64,000 bases of DNA, from contig NC_043017.1 of the NCBI RefSeq assembly GCF_006345805.1, positions 18,042,001-18,106,000 on the forward strand. Reading direction: 5' to 3'. The DNA is from Octopus sinensis (taxonomy: Eukaryota). Of the stretch, positions 60,845-64,000 are shown in pieces; position 1 is the stretch's first letter, and every line of letters starts with the position of its first letter. The notes under the pieces were generated by a model that was given only the letters and a program-made list of their open reading frames with translations, had not been told where the DNA came from and made no database searches. The position numbers were made by a program, and so were the translations under genes.

Positions 60845-61217
60845 GGATCTTTTCGGTTTGACCGGCAATTTTTTTAATAATTTCCACGTAACTAAACACG
60901 TTTAAATTTCGTATACTGGTAGAATGTGTTTATAAAACATCTTTTTCTCTTGGCTTTATTGAGAAAATTCTATAGTTTGTAAGATATTTGTTTTTTTCTT
61001 CAATTTCAACCAATCAATGACGTCTATTGAGATGAAAACATTATGTGCCGTATGAATATGTCCCTCGTTTAAGAAACAGATTGGGTTTATACCCTTCCCC
61101 CCACCCCTAACCCTAAAACAGATTGAAATGCAATAGATCGATACTAGGGTCATAATTATGGGTGACAATTTCATATGACACCGCTAGAAAAAACTGCCGT
61201 TCAAACCGAAAAGATCC
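60845..61217. mobile_element. GGATC-family MITE subfamily inserted into a SINE
   Basis: ggatcttttcggtttga...tcaaaccgaaaagatcc; flanks CAAATGAC / CAGACGAC; the host SINE resumes at 61226. Confidence 0.82.
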
Positions 61218-61329
61218 CAGACGACACTTGCCCAAGGTACCATGCAGTGGGGATGAACCTTAAAACACGTGGTTAGGAAGCAAGCTTTCTACTACACAGC
61301 CACACCTGTACGTATACACACATACATAT

Positions 61330-62100
61330 AATGATGTGCTCGGAAAGTAATTGCGTATTTTTTTTGTTTTTGACCACTATGAAATATGTATCAACCAATC
61401 AAGTCACAGTTAAGGTCGAATGGGAGGGAAATGCCTAGAAATAGTATATCGTCTCTTCTATCAAAGCTATTTCAGTAATTAATTCCATGGATGAAAAGAA
61501 ATTTCACAAACAACATATTCGTCATTGTTTACTGTATGAGTTTCGAAGGAATAGTTCCACTACAGAAGCAATGAAAAACATTTGTCAAGTGTATCCGGAT
61601 GCAGTGAAAGCTCGTACGTGTCGGCTGTGGTTTAAAAGGTTTAAAGATGGTGATTATGACATATCCGACAGGCCTCGCTCTGGAAGACGACCTGCCCTGA
61701 ATGACGAATTTTTGAATGAGACTATTGAATCAGATCCGCGTCAAAGCACCAGAAATTTAGCGCAAAAATTTAACGTGTCACGTTCAACTGTCCACGAACA
61801 TCTCAAGCAAATTGGCAAAACATGCAAAGAAGGAATTTGGGTTCCACATGAGCTCACGCTTGAGAACCAAACACAACATTCCATCGCCTGCTGCAAACCC
61901 AAGACGGAAAAGGAAGATCTTTAGGATGGTAAGTTCTTCCACATCCTCCATACTCACCCGACTTAGCACCTACAGATTTCCATCGTTCCGATTATTAGAA
62001 GATTTTATAAGAGGCAAATCCCATTCAGAAACAGAGTCAATTGAAGACTTCAGATTATTTTTTTCAAGAAAAGAAATAGGATTCTTTGAACGTGGCCTAA
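61330..62100 (+). mobile_element. Internally deleted mariner element; ORF 61487-61924 encodes the intact N-terminal HTH DNA-binding region
   Basis: IRHCLLYEF..WFKRFK.GD...D.PRSGR..WVPHEL; C-terminal relic PHPPYSPDLAP at ~61936-61971; left TIR-like ggaaagtaattgcgtattt; most of the catalytic domain and the right TIR are absent. Confidence 0.9.
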
Positions 62101-63352
62101 AAAAAGTTACACACACACACACACACACACACAACATAACGTGAACTTTCAGAAATGTTTGCCTTTCATTGTGTTGCTATAAATACTGACAATTTTTCAT
62201 GGTTCTTTCTACCTGCCCACTGTTTTCACTGATCTCTTCAAATGCACATATCTTTTGTCTTTCATCTTCATTGAACTTGTTCTTTGTAAAAACAATAATA
62301 CGTAATATTTATTTTAGTGTTAATAAAGTGTTTTGTTATTGGAGTTGTTCTCCTTGACTATAGCAAATGTATATTAAATCTATCTATCTTCTATCTACCT
62401 ATCATCTATCTCTATCTATCTATCTATCTATCTATCATCTATCTATCTATCATCAATCAATCAATCAATCATATATACAAAATATACACACATATAAACA
62501 AACAAGGAGTATGTGCGAGATTCCAATGTGCACAAACGTGTTGTATCGAAAGTTATGACATCCGCTTCGTCGCTTTATTCTGAGACTACGAATTCTTGAC
62601 TAAAGGCTGGAAAGGTTACAAAGTTAAAAATCATTACACCAGGGAACAAAAAAAAAAAAAGATATTTCTCGTCTATCTGATTTCTCTCTACAAGATAATG
62701 CTTCCAAACTGAAATTTTCACGTTTTATTTTTGAAAACCCAGGATTAACTGTTACAAATAGGAAGTAAATTACAGATTTGGTAATTGAAGTCCTTTTAAT
62801 GTTGCTAGTCACACGCCTACATTCATTTTATTTTCACTGGTCTGAATTCAGCGATTTAACAAATATAAACAATTACATGCTTGCTTGAAGTATCCTAATA
62901 ACCTTTATACGTGTATGTAGTCTATTATTTAATTAGGGGTGGGGCAAAATGAGTAAGTTCTGATTTCTGCTTATTCTTTCCTTTCCTGTTTGAAATCATT
63001 ACATTGGAAATATTCCGTCGTTATTTTGTACTGTTGCGTCATCTTCAGGAGTAAAAATTGATCAGCATAGTTGTTGAAGTTGAGGAAGCCCAAAACGTAG
63101 TCAGGTGGCCTTTTTCAGTAAATTTTGATATTTTCACCGAAAAAACGAAAAAACCCTCGGGTTTTTCCATGTAATCAAGTACCCTGACCTAATATGCTAC
63201 AAACCACTTACTTTTGTTCGAAAAAAAACTCCCTCTGATTAGAATAGCCGCGCATCACGTCGTTTGATTATTTTAGATAAAAGTACACTGTATCCTGGAT
63301 TTCTTATTCCTGCTTTAAATCAAAGCTTGCTAATTACTATAGCGACATCTAT

Positions 63353-63465
63353 GTGTTTAGGTGTTTTCGCTCATTAAACACTCACAACGCCCAGTCTGGG
63401 AATCGAAACCGTGATCCTACGACCGTGAGTCTGTTCCCCTAACCTCTAATCCATTGCACCTCCAC
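63353..63465 (-). mobile_element. SINE family A, head only
   Basis: Reverse complement of the family A 5' end. Confidence 0.75.
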
Positions 63466-63612
63466 ATGTAGATAGCTATGTGCACACACTAAATATGTAG
63501 GCTATATACACATATACTTAGACCAATATATGCACAAAATATGTAGAATATATGTACTATATACGCAGACAAGCATCCCCTGTATCTTATACTGTTTCTT
63601 TTTTTATTTCAG

Positions 63613-64000
63613 AAATATCAGATGACATTGGCACACAAAAATATTTTACTTCAGTTCCATCAACAATATTTATCTTTTCAAGACTAAAGGATGATGTTTC
63701 AGAGAACAGATATAACCCTACTTACATAAATCCATGATGGAATTTATTGGGAAATGAAATATTTCCTGTGAACTGGGAATAATAGCAAAACTTTTCTGCT
63801 TCATTGATTGGAATAAGTTAAGGCAAATTTACAAAAGAGTTTACAACAACTCCAGATATTGACAAAAGTAACCGGTGATGGAAATAAAACAGTAGAAATA
63901 TTTTGTGGAGACAGATTTAAAAAGCTAAAACTAGAAAAAAATATCTGTATTGTAGGGAAAGAGAAGCAATATTAAGAAAAATGAGTTGTGAGGGGACAGT
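63613..64000 (+). other. 5' part of exon 2 of a fourth ZNF paralogue (fingers predicted beyond the window)
   Basis: atttcag| acceptor at 63612, then sequence homologous to A 40362-40680 (gatgacattgg, aacccta..cataaatc.atg.tggaa, gaaatgaaatat, aacagtagaaatattt). Confidence 0.65.

Noticed and set aside
63020-63110. Hammerhead-like CUGAAGA / UGAGGAAG..CAAAAC motifs
   Set aside because: No GAAA core or consistent stems could be drawn.

Overview
This is AT-rich, intron-rich eukaryotic DNA with dense SINEs and microsatellites. The repeat content and the tandem array of short C2H2 zinc-finger genes suggest an octopod cephalopod (inference). Left part: the 3' eight coding exons of CDK5RAP1 (MiaB-type tRNA methylthiotransferase, + strand, 1170-10609) lie tail-to-tail with a complete 13-coding-exon UTP14 gene (- strand, 32225-10966, 643 aa; all junctions GT-AG and in frame). 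Right part (about 39 kb to the end): a cluster of paralogous two-exon C2H2-ZNF loci. It holds two intact recent duplicates (366 aa and 338 aa, differing by one finger), a decayed third paralogue, and the start of a fourth at the window edge. Most notable: exon 2 of the third paralogue appears split by an insert carrying an uninterrupted 296-aa Merlin/IS1595 (ISXO2-like) DDE transposase ORF without recognisable TIRs. A recent copy of the ZNF-B promoter/first exon lies upstream, so this may be a transposase captured in a ZNF transcription unit. Four non-autonomous element families with GG termini and 8-bp TSDs (the Merlin signature) are also present, including a 1.9-kb element with 620-bp TIRs. 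Other leads are a duplicated intronic H/ACA-snoRNA-like segment in UTP14, a hammerhead-ribozyme-like fold next to a Penelope fragment, long foldback palindromes, Helitrons, piggyBac-like MITEs and mariner/Tc1 relics. All alignments and folds were done by eye, and repeat boundaries are approximate.
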